DNA from: Candidatus Saccharimonadota bacterium
Lineage (GTDB): Bacteria; Patescibacteriota; Saccharimonadia; Saccharimonadales; UBA4665
DNA: 32,000 nucleotides
Direction: 5' to 3'
Assembly: GCA_963718045.1 (NCBI GenBank)
Contig: OY970350.1
Location: 180,001-212,000, forward strand
The notes below the pieces were generated by a model, which was given only the letters and a program-made list of their open reading frames with translations, did no database searches and was not told the DNA's origin. Shown in pieces: positions 25,011 to 32,000 of the stretch (position 1 is its first letter; every line of letters begins with the position of its first letter). Position numbers and translations under genes: made by a program.

Positions 25011-25034
25011 CAAGTTGATATATTAGGATATGAT
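25007..25034 (+). promoter_or_regulatory. Putative promoter for the 25061 gene
   Basis: TTGACA (25007-25012, overlapping the upstream stop codon), a 16-nt spacer, then TATGAT (25029-25034). The SD-like GAGAGG lies 5 nt before ATG 25061. Confidence 0.45.
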
Positions 25035-25060
25035 TTATAAATATAGATTGAGAGGTTAAA

Positions 25061-25855
25061 ATGGCTGGCGCAGAAGAACTTATTTATCGTGCAGTAAGAT
25101 CACATGATTTATCTGAAAGTAATATTCGTATAATAGCAGCTTTAACAAGTTCATCGGTGCGGCTTGATTATCCAGATCTATCCGATGAAGAAGTTGATGA
25201 ACTTTGTTCAGAGACGAAAAGAGGTGTTAAAGACTCCAACAAACTTGTTCCTAAATGGGGTCTTAGAAATGGCCGTCGCTTAAATCCTCATCAGGCTTTT
25301 GCCGAGTCAGTCAGTGTTATTGCTGAGGATATAGAAGGTACGATAGAAGCACATATTACTTTTGCTAATAATGCTTCATCCTCAACATTAGCCGGACCCT
25401 TAGAAAGATGGGCCAAATTACATCGCGAAGAGGTTCATGGTAGAAACATGATAGAACATAGGATTTTTCGTATCGGTCATCCTGCTATGAGTGAAGAAGT
25501 GCATAAGCAAATGGAAAAAGATCCTTCCAAAATAAACCCATTTGATGTGATGATTGGCAAAGTTGCCGATACTAGGGACCCTGGGCAGCCTGCTCGAGCT
25601 TATATTTGGCTAGGAGAGACTGTTTGGCGAACAGAATTGGAGAAACTTGGGGCTTTACCGGTGATGAAAAAAGATGAGGAAACCGGAGAGCCAGTCCCAG
25701 ACATACGAGATTCAAAGCCATTCGGTGATAATGGTAGAACTGTTGAGCAGCAAACATTGGAAATTCCGTCACTAGCAATTCTAATGACAAATATTATGAA
25801 TATACCTGGTGCTGAAGAGCTAATAGGTGCTGCAAGTCTCCAACAAGAATCATAA
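25061..25855 (+). CDS. Hypothetical cytoplasmic protein (264 aa) with no recognisable domain
   Basis: Clean ORF with its own promoter-like and SD-like signals and no TM segment. I could not recognise any family motif. The peptide GAEELI occurs at both termini. Confidence 0.6.
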   Translation: MAGAEELIYRAVRSHDLSESNIRIIAALTSSSVRLDYPDLSDEEVDELCSETKRGVKDSNKLVPKWGLRNGRRLNPHQAFAESVSVIAEDIEGTIEAHITFANNASSSTLAGPLERWAKLHREEVHGRNMIEHRIFRIGHPAMSEEVHKQMEKDPSKINPFDVMIGKVADTRDPGQPARAYIWLGETVWRTELEKLGALPVMKKDEETGEPVPDIRDSKPFGDNGRTVEQQTLEIPSLAILMTNIMNIPGAEELIGAASLQQES

Positions 25856-25894
25856 TAGATTGAATTTTATTCATTTCTCAGATACGATTGTTAC

Positions 25895-26554
25895 ATGAAG
25901 CTTAACCATAATGGCGCTATCAGAGCCGCAGCTGTTAGTTTAGTGCTAGGGATTCTTCTAATTGCTAGTCTAATATTTGGCTTCTGGGCCTTTTCCGGCC
26001 GACAAAAATATAGGGATAACAGTGCCCAGCTGGTTAGTCAGGCTGTTAGCAGTGCTGTAGCCCAGCAGAAGGCTGCGGATAGTAAAGCTTCTAGTAGTAG
26101 TAATACTGGACAGAATCCTCTGCTTGAATACGTTGGCCCGCAGGAGTACGGCACAATAGAGTTATATTATCCGGGGACGTGGAGTTCATACGTTGATCTT
26201 TCTGATTCAAACGGCAACCCGCTTGATGGCTACTTCTACCCTGGCACATTACCTTCAGTGACTGATGACGGTACCTATAACTTTGCTTTAAGGCTGCAAG
26301 TTAATGGTAATAGTTATGCTAGCCAGCTGCAAAACTACCAGCAGAACAATCAGGTAACCGTATCGGCTTATTCTTTACCTAAAGTGCCGAGTGTGGTTGG
26401 AGTTATGATAACCGGCCAAATTGAAAATGAGTCTACCGGTACTTTAGTTATCTTGCCGCTTAGAACCGAATCGCTAGAACTATGGACCGAAGGAACGGCT
26501 TATGAGAGCCAGTTTACAAATGATATTTTAGCTAATTTAAGCTTCTCGCCTTAA
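25895..26554 (+). CDS. Hypothetical membrane-anchored extracytoplasmic protein (219 aa)
   Basis: An N-terminal TM/signal anchor (…AAAVSLVLGILLIASLIFGFWAF…) is followed by a Ser-rich linker and a beta-rich domain of about 140 aa. No known motif was recognised. Confidence 0.6.
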   Translation: MKLNHNGAIRAAAVSLVLGILLIASLIFGFWAFSGRQKYRDNSAQLVSQAVSSAVAQQKAADSKASSSSNTGQNPLLEYVGPQEYGTIELYYPGTWSSYVDLSDSNGNPLDGYFYPGTLPSVTDDGTYNFALRLQVNGNSYASQLQNYQQNNQVTVSAYSLPKVPSVVGVMITGQIENESTGTLVILPLRTESLELWTEGTAYESQFTNDILANLSFSP

Positions 26555-26560
26555 GCCATT

Positions 26561-26595
26561 TATCACCAAAATGCTGCCCTAATTGGTGATATAAT
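26561..26595 (+). promoter_or_regulatory. 9-bp inverted repeat overlapping an extended -10 promoter element
   Basis: TATCACCAA (26561-26569) and TTGGTGATA (26584-26592) are perfect reverse complements. The right arm overlaps TGaTATAAT (TG at 26587-88, TATAAT at 26590-26595), about 30 nt upstream of ATG 26627. Confidence 0.45.
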
Positions 26596-26626
26596 TGGTT
26601 TAGAATAGAAAAAAAGAGGGTAGCAA

Positions 26627-27343
26627 ATGGATAGTACTGAGGCTAATCAAAATAAAGCGTCATCCTATCTGTTGATGATCAATTTAGCCGAACAGCTTAA
26701 GCTTCCATTCATGCAAATACAAAGGCAGGCAGAGCTAATACGTTTAACCGGCAAGCAAGATATCTCCTCGATCGAAACTTCAGCCGACTACGCTTTAAAA
26801 CTTATAGACAATTATTTGCTAGGCTTAAAGCTTAACCAAGAAAAAATGGCTTTAGAACAAGAGCCTGTTTCGGTTGCTGCCGTTCTTTATGATAGCGGCC
26901 AGCTGCTGGATCGCCTGGCCAAGAAGTATGACGTAAAGCTGGAACTTAATATTAGCGGCAAGTATGAGCCGGTTATGGCCCATAAACAGGGGCTAGAATC
27001 TGCATTGGTAAGTCTAGGCACATCGTTAATTGAGGCTGCCGGCGTCCAAAACACTCCCAAGTGTTCACTGCAGCTGGCCACCCACAGGTGCCGCTATGGT
27101 ATTGTTGCCGGTGTCTATTCAAATAATCCGGGGCTTACTACCGATCTCCTTCGTCAGGGAAGAAAGTTAATAGGCAGTGCCCGCCAGCCGCTAGTCAACC
27201 TAACCTATTCAGCAGGTGCTGGCATATTTGTAGCCGACAGTATCCTAAAAGCCATGAGCCTTAGTCTAAAAGCCTCAAGACATCACCGTCTTTATGGTAT
27301 CGGTGCTGTTATGAGGGGTAACCAACAGCTTCAGCTAGTTTAA
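26627..27343 (+). CDS. Soluble histidine-kinase-like protein lacking the phosphoacceptor His and key ATP-lid residues (pseudo-HK)
   Basis: The layout resembles a DHp plus HATPase_c core:
- …LMINLAEQLKLPFMQIQ… sits where the H-box SHELRTPL is expected.
- …GLESALVSLGTSLIEAAG… sits where the N-box is expected.
- …SAGAGIFVADSILK… is G2-like.
There is no His before residue 119, no N-box Asn, no DxGxG, and no TM segments. Confidence 0.55.
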   Translation: MDSTEANQNKASSYLLMINLAEQLKLPFMQIQRQAELIRLTGKQDISSIETSADYALKLIDNYLLGLKLNQEKMALEQEPVSVAAVLYDSGQLLDRLAKKYDVKLELNISGKYEPVMAHKQGLESALVSLGTSLIEAAGVQNTPKCSLQLATHRCRYGIVAGVYSNNPGLTTDLLRQGRKLIGSARQPLVNLTYSAGAGIFVADSILKAMSLSLKASRHHRLYGIGAVMRGNQQLQLV

Positions 27344-27344
27344 A

Positions 27345-27728
27345 ATGAGTCAGATTCTTCTTATTGAACCAGACAGGCTGCTTGCCGAAACATATAAAAA
27401 GGCTCTCAAAACGGCTGGACACAAAGTATCAGTTGCCTCAGGCAGCCAAGAGGCAATCAACCTAGCCGATAATATCTCGCCAGATTTAATAATTCTCGAA
27501 ATCCAGCTAGTTGGTCATTCTGGCATAGAGTTTTTGTATGAGTTTAGGTCATATCCGGAGTGGCAAAATATCCCGGTTATTATCCATACCAGCGTTCCAT
27601 ACGCCGAACTAGCTAATGGCTGGCCTATACTGTCAGGATATCTAAATACTACAGAGTATAGGTATAAGCCGAATACTACTCTAGAGTCTTTAATATCCAG
27701 CGTAAATGATCTAGCCTTAACTACGTGA
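27345..27728 (+). CDS. Single-domain receiver (REC) protein with Glu at the phosphoacceptor position (atypical or pseudo-receiver)
   Basis: REC fold markers are LLIEPD, PDLIILEIQLVGHSG (Glu52 where Asp is expected), PVIIHTS (Thr) and YKP (Lys). It starts 1 nt after the upstream stop, and its TGA overlaps the recO GTG. Confidence 0.7.
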   Translation: MSQILLIEPDRLLAETYKKALKTAGHKVSVASGSQEAINLADNISPDLIILEIQLVGHSGIEFLYEFRSYPEWQNIPVIIHTSVPYAELANGWPILSGYLNTTEYRYKPNTTLESLISSVNDLALTT

Positions 27729-28417
27729 ATAAGCACACCACAAAGGCCATAGTCCTATCTAGAGTGGACTATGGCGATAGCGACCGGATTATTACTATTC
27801 TGACACCTGAATATGGCAAGCTCAGCTTAATGGCCAAGGGAGTAAGAAAAATCAACTCCAAACTGGCCGGCGGCATAGAGCTGTTTTCTGTATTTGACGC
27901 CGGCTTTGTAATGGGCAGGGGAGAGGTTGGCCGGCTGACATCATCTCGGCTAATAAAGTTTTATAGTAACGTCATAAATGATATTGAAAGGGTCCAACTC
28001 GGCTATGAAATCCTTAAATCCTTTAACCGCAATATCGAGGATAACGTTGAAAGTGATTATTTTTACTTGCTATGCCAACTTTTAAGTTTACTAGACGAAC
28101 CGCTAGTTTCAACCACCAGACTAACAATCTATTTTAAGTCTAAGATGTTATCTTTGGCCGGCCACAGTCCTAATCTCAGAACTGACGAGAAAGGTAAACC
28201 GCTTAAAGAAGACGAGACATACGACTTCAATATTCTCTCAATGGGCTTTTATCCGGCCAAGCAAGGCAAATATACTTCGTCACACATTAAGCTTATGCGG
28301 ATGCTGTTTGATACAGATGATGAGAGTCAGATATTCAAGGTGAATCTTAAAAATAAAGAAGATGAAGATCTTAAACCTCTTATAGATGCTATGTTTAAGG
28401 CTCATCTTTCGGTATAA
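27725..28417 (+). CDS. recO: DNA repair protein RecO
   Basis: 230 aa. The N-terminal OB fold (…KAIVLSRVDYGDSDRIITILTPEYGKLSLMAKGVRK…) is typical of RecO. The GTG start sits in a GTGA overlap with the preceding gene. Confidence 0.88.
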   Translation: MNKHTTKAIVLSRVDYGDSDRIITILTPEYGKLSLMAKGVRKINSKLAGGIELFSVFDAGFVMGRGEVGRLTSSRLIKFYSNVINDIERVQLGYEILKSFNRNIEDNVESDYFYLLCQLLSLLDEPLVSTTRLTIYFKSKMLSLAGHSPNLRTDEKGKPLKEDETYDFNILSMGFYPAKQGKYTSSHIKLMRMLFDTDDESQIFKVNLKNKEDEDLKPLIDAMFKAHLSV

Positions 28418-28428
28418 TTGGCCTCATA

Positions 28429-29790
28429 ATGAGTGATTTCACACTTGAAGATATAGTCAGTTTGTGTAAAAGGCGTGGTTTTATTTTCCCCGGATCAGAG
28501 ATATACGGCGGGTTAAGTGGTACCTGGGATTACGGTCCGTTAGGGGTAAATCTAAAGAGAAACATCTCTAATCTTTGGTGGCAAACATTTGTAGAGTCAA
28601 GAGACGATATGTACGGTATTGATAGCGCTATCTTGATGAATTCTAACGTTTGGAAAGCTAGTGGGCATATTAGCAGTTTCAATGACTCGCTAATTGAAGA
28701 TGTAAAAACCAAGAAAAGATATCGTATTGATCATCTGCTGGAAGAAAACAGTATTAACCCTGAAGGTTTGTCAATAGAGCAAATGGTTGACCGGATAAAG
28801 GAGAAGAAGATCCTTAGTCCAGATGGTAATGAATTAGGATCAGCTGCTCAGTTTAATATGATGTTTAAGACTAATATTGGATCTGTTGAAGATGATAGCT
28901 CAGTTGTATATTTGCGACCTGAAACAGCCCAAGGTATGTTCGTCAATTTCCGGAATATTGTTGATACTTTTTATCCGGATCTACCATTTGGGATTGCTCA
29001 AATAGGTAAGAGTTTCAGGAATGAAATAGCCGCCCGAGACTTTATATTCAGAGTACGTGAACTTGAAATTATGGAGTTCGAATATTTTATCCGAGCAGAA
29101 AACTGGGAAACAGAGTTCGAAAAATTACTTGAAGATCAAAGACACTGGTATATCGAAGTGCTTGGATTAAATAAGGATCACCTTAAAGAAAGGGAACTAC
29201 CAGAGCAGGAACGAGCTCATTATAGCCAGAGAACTATCGACTTTGAGTATGATTTTCCGATCGGTACCAAAGAACTAGGTGGTTTTGCCTATAGGACAGA
29301 CTTTGATCTTAGTAATCATCAAAAGCTTTCAGGAAAATCTATGGAATATATTCCAAAGGGAACTAACGAGCATATTATCCCTCACGTTCTGGAGCCGACG
29401 TTTGGTCTGGATAGACATGTTCTGGCCGTTTTATGCGAGGCCTATGCTCAAGATGAAGTCGGTGGTGAGAAAAGGACCGTCTTAAAGCTAAGACCCGATC
29501 TAGCGCCTTACAGAGTGGCTGTCAGCCCACTACTTAAAAACAAGACGGACTTAGTCCAAAAAGCCAGGGAAGTATTTAATGAAATTAAGAAATTCTGTCC
29601 CAATATTACCTGGGACGATAACGGTAATATTGGAAAACGTTACCGCAGGCAAGATGAAATAGGAACGCCTTACTGCGTAACTATAGACTTTACTTCTCTT
29701 GAAGATGATACGGTAACCGTCAGGGACCGCGACACAACCAAACAGCAAAGAGTAGCTACAAAAGACCTCTCAGACGTTTTGACTAGTTAA
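28429..29790 (+). CDS. glyQS: Glycine--tRNA ligase (alpha2 homodimeric type)
   Basis: 453 aa. Motifs include …KRRGFIFPGSEIYGGLSGTWDYGPLG…, …LRPETAQGMF…, …GKSFRNEI… and …GLDRHVLAVL…. Confidence 0.95.
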   Translation: MSDFTLEDIVSLCKRRGFIFPGSEIYGGLSGTWDYGPLGVNLKRNISNLWWQTFVESRDDMYGIDSAILMNSNVWKASGHISSFNDSLIEDVKTKKRYRIDHLLEENSINPEGLSIEQMVDRIKEKKILSPDGNELGSAAQFNMMFKTNIGSVEDDSSVVYLRPETAQGMFVNFRNIVDTFYPDLPFGIAQIGKSFRNEIAARDFIFRVRELEIMEFEYFIRAENWETEFEKLLEDQRHWYIEVLGLNKDHLKERELPEQERAHYSQRTIDFEYDFPIGTKELGGFAYRTDFDLSNHQKLSGKSMEYIPKGTNEHIIPHVLEPTFGLDRHVLAVLCEAYAQDEVGGEKRTVLKLRPDLAPYRVAVSPLLKNKTDLVQKAREVFNEIKKFCPNITWDDNGNIGKRYRRQDEIGTPYCVTIDFTSLEDDTVTVRDRDTTKQQRVATKDLSDVLTS

Positions 29791-29819
29791 TAAGTTATTA
29801 AATCGGTTTTAAATAGATT

Positions 29820-29848
29820 TTGCTAGACGTCTAACTTGCTGTTAGCAT
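29820..29848 (+). promoter_or_regulatory. Putative promoter for the Pif1-like helicase gene, with a very short leader
   Basis: TTGCTA (29820-29825), a 17-nt spacer, then TAGCAT (29843-29848). The ATG at 29859 is only 10 nt downstream and there is no SD. Confidence 0.4.
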
Positions 29849-29858
29849 ACTAGCCAAA

Positions 29859-31103
29859 ATGACTCAGCAACAGGCTCTTAAGATAATGCTTTCAGGCACC
29901 AATGTTTTTTTAACTGGACAGCCGGGATCTGGTAAGACTTATCTTCTTAATGAATATATTAAGTTAGCTAAAAGGCACAAAAGAAAGGTCGCGGTCACAG
30001 CTACTACCGGCATTGCAGCGACGCATTTAAACGGCATAACCGTTCATTCCTGGGCGGGTATTGGTATAAAAGACAAGTTGAATAGTGAAGAAATGCTCCG
30101 TTTAAGCAGCAACAAAAAACTCATTAACAGATACAAATATGCTGACGTTTTGGTAATCGATGAAGTTTCGATGCTTGATCCAAACCGTTTAGGTTTAATA
30201 AACAAACTGGCAAAACAAATTAGGCGCAGTGATAAACCTATCGGCGGCATCCAGTTAATACTGGTCGGCGACCTGTTCCAGCTGCCGCCAGTTGAGCAGA
30301 TTAAAGGTCCGTACTTATTTTGTTCTGATATATGGCGTGAACTTGATCTTAAAATCTGTTATCTAACAGAACAGCATAGGCAGCAGCTAGGCGATGAGCT
30401 GCATACTATTCTAGAAGCCGTTAGAGCCAACAGGGTGGGTGAAGTGGAGCTAAATGTTCTTAAACCGAAAGTTAATTCTTCCCGTTCCAGCAATAGAAAC
30501 ATCTTAAGACTCTATTCACATAATTATGATGCTGACCAGGTAAATACTATGCGCTTAGATACTCTTAAAACCAGGCAGAGGGTATATAAAATGTTTTCTG
30601 CCGGCTCAAGCGGAGCTATTAAGACACTTAAAGACAACATCTTAAGCCCGGAGATACTAAAATTAAAAGTTGGCTGCGAAGTAATCTTTACAGCCAACAA
30701 CTACGCAACTGGCTATGTTAATGGTGACAGGGGCAGAGTAGTAGATTTTGTATCTGATTTACCGGTAATTCGCTTAAAAAGAGACTCATATATTGTTGCC
30801 GGGCTATATAACTGGCGGACAGAAATAGACGGCCAAATACTTGCCGAAGTATGGCAGCTGCCGCTTAGATTAGCCTGGGCTATAACGATACATAAAAGCC
30901 AGGGGATGAGCTTAGATGAGGCAGAAATTGATTTAAGCCGCGTATTTAGTCCCGGCATGGGTTACGTGGCCCTGTCCAGACTTAGAAATATAGATGGACT
31001 ACATCTCCTTGGACTGAATAGAATGGCTCTTTATGTAGACAGTAATATATTAAAGGCCGACAAATTACTGCGTGCCGAGTCAGACAAACTAGTGCTAAGA
31101 TAA
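29859..31103 (+). CDS. Pif1-family (RecD-like, SF1B) ATP-dependent DNA helicase
   Basis: Walker A (GQPGSGKT), Walker B (VLVIDEVSMLD), the Pif1 signature region (…LINKLAKQIRRSDKPIGGIQLILVGDLFQLPPV…) and motif V/VI (…ITIHKSQGMSLD…, …YVALSRLR…). Confidence 0.9.
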   Translation: MTQQQALKIMLSGTNVFLTGQPGSGKTYLLNEYIKLAKRHKRKVAVTATTGIAATHLNGITVHSWAGIGIKDKLNSEEMLRLSSNKKLINRYKYADVLVIDEVSMLDPNRLGLINKLAKQIRRSDKPIGGIQLILVGDLFQLPPVEQIKGPYLFCSDIWRELDLKICYLTEQHRQQLGDELHTILEAVRANRVGEVELNVLKPKVNSSRSSNRNILRLYSHNYDADQVNTMRLDTLKTRQRVYKMFSAGSSGAIKTLKDNILSPEILKLKVGCEVIFTANNYATGYVNGDRGRVVDFVSDLPVIRLKRDSYIVAGLYNWRTEIDGQILAEVWQLPLRLAWAITIHKSQGMSLDEAEIDLSRVFSPGMGYVALSRLRNIDGLHLLGLNRMALYVDSNILKADKLLRAESDKLVLR

Positions 31104-31126
31104 GGGAAGGATAATAAAGGATTACT

Positions 31127-31717
31127 TTGAGAAATAGATTTAGAAAACCAAAAGAAGTCTATGCATTCATAGATAGCCAGAACTTAAACTTAGGAACCCA
31201 GCGAATGGGCTGGAAGATGGATTGGCGCAAATTCAGGAAATGGCTGAGAAACGAATACTCAGTTACCAAGGCATATATGTTTATTGGTTATATGTCTGAA
31301 AATGAGTCGCTTTATGAGTACATGCATAGCCTAGGGTATTTAGTAGTCTTAAAACCAACACTGGAAATTCACCATAACCAACCAGATTCTAAAGATTATG
31401 ACCCCAATAAAGACCCGGAGAAGAGCACCGTTAAAGGCAATGTTGATACGGAGATAGTTTTAACCGCATTAAAAGAGATGCCAAATTACTCCAAGGCCAT
31501 AATTGTATCTGGTGATGGTGATTTCTATAGCCTTATAGAGTATTTGCAGCAGAAGCAGCACCTAGCCTACGTCATGGCCCCCAACTGGCAGTACTCAACA
31601 CTGTTAAAACCGTTTGAGAAGTATATTATTAACCTGGATAAACACCGATCGGTACTAGCTTATTACACTTCAAAGAATAAAAAGGCCCATTCGAACTCCC
31701 AGAATAATGACAAGTAG
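31127..31717 (+). CDS. NYN domain (LabA/DUF88-like) protein, a predicted RNase-fold protein
   Basis: The conserved acidic positions of the NYN/PIN-like fold are present: …YAFIDSQNL…, …GNVDTEIV… and …IVSGDGDFYSL…. TTG start at 31127 as called by the ORF track. Confidence 0.75.
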   Translation: MRNRFRKPKEVYAFIDSQNLNLGTQRMGWKMDWRKFRKWLRNEYSVTKAYMFIGYMSENESLYEYMHSLGYLVVLKPTLEIHHNQPDSKDYDPNKDPEKSTVKGNVDTEIVLTALKEMPNYSKAIIVSGDGDFYSLIEYLQQKQHLAYVMAPNWQYSTLLKPFEKYIINLDKHRSVLAYYTSKNKKAHSNSQNNDK

Positions 31718-32000
31718 ACCAAAAGTAGTTGTTATAGGTGGCGGGACGGGCAGTTTTGCAATTCTAAGCGGACTAAAATATCTGGACTGTGAGCTAACTG
31801 CTTTGGTTAACATGGCAGATAATGGCGGCTCTACTGGCCAATTAAGAGACGAATACGGTGTTCTGCCACCCGGAGACGTTCGGCAGTGTCTTATTGCCTT
31901 GAGCGACTCAGCTATGCCATTGCGTCAGTTATTTAACTTCCGATTTCCTGGTGACAGCTCTTTAGGCGGTCATTCCTTTGGCAACCTGTTCCTATCGGCA
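31707..32000 (+). CDS. yvcK: YvcK/CofD-family protein (gluconeogenesis factor-like), N-terminal part. The 3' end lies outside the window.
   Basis: This gene is not in the ORF track because the window ends before a stop. My translation from ATG 31707 is MTSRPKVVVIGGGTGSFAILSGLKYLDCELTALVNMADNGGSTGQLRDEYGVLPPGDVRQCLIAL…. The GGGTG and DNGGSTG motifs are typical of the UPF0052/YvcK family. It overlaps the NYN gene stop by 11 nt. Confidence 0.8.
   Translation, partial: MTSRPKVVVIGGGTGSFAILSGLKYLDCELTALVNMADNGGSTGQLRDEYGVLPPGDVRQCLIALSDSAMPLRQLFNFRFPGDSSLGGHSFGNLFLSA

Noticed and set aside
1-32000. Alternative genetic code (UGA as Gly or Trp), as in some CPR lineages or Mollicutes
   Set aside because: Full-length, family-consistent proteins are obtained under table 11. 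Several genes end at TGA with the next gene starting at or over that codon, and RF2 is present.
1-32000. CRISPR arrays, tRNA/rRNA genes, IS elements, integrases and prophage genes
   Set aside because: I saw no regularly spaced direct repeats and no transposase- or integrase-like ORF. The intergenic gaps are either too short or lack T-loop and acceptor-like sequence (the longest are 3343-3496, 8997-9079 and 20101-20178).

Overview
This is a dense, mostly plus-strand housekeeping window with about 36 protein genes. Intergenic gaps are short, and many gene pairs are joined by ATGA, GTGA or TGATG start/stop overlaps. There are no rRNA genes, tRNA genes, CRISPR arrays or recognisable transposases.

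Gene content:
- Four aminoacyl-tRNA synthetases: proS, lysS, serS, glyQS.
- Translation, transcription, secretion and nucleotide-synthesis genes: greA, hpf, secA, prfB, rpmA, pyrG.
- DNA repair genes: xseA, xseB, recO.
- A cell-division and wall-remodelling block: ftsE, ftsX, a coiled-coil CHAP hydrolase and an S41 protease.
- Several proteases: partial rseP, CPBP, zincin-like, M16.
- Methyltransferases, a Cas4-like PD-(D/E)XK nuclease, a Pif1-like helicase, a NYN-domain protein and a partial yvcK-like gene.

TGA is used as a stop and an unframeshifted RF2 is present, so translation table 11 applies. The gene set and organisation suggest a small-genome Gram-positive-like lineage, possibly Patescibacteria/CPR and Saccharibacteria-like. 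This is inference only.

No obvious mobile island or known defence system is visible. The most unusual items are:
1. A textbook T-box terminator/antiterminator leader upstream of proS, whose Stem I looks truncated.
2. A translationally coupled pair of a histidine-kinase-like protein with no phosphoacceptor His and a receiver domain with Glu at the phosphoacceptor position, fused by a GTGA overlap to recO.
3. A two-gene uncharacterised islet at 25.0-26.6 kb with its own promoter.
4. Mini-uORFs with strong Shine-Dalgarno sites, coupled by ATGA overlaps to secA and hpf.
5. A Pif1 helicase / NYN nuclease-fold pair.
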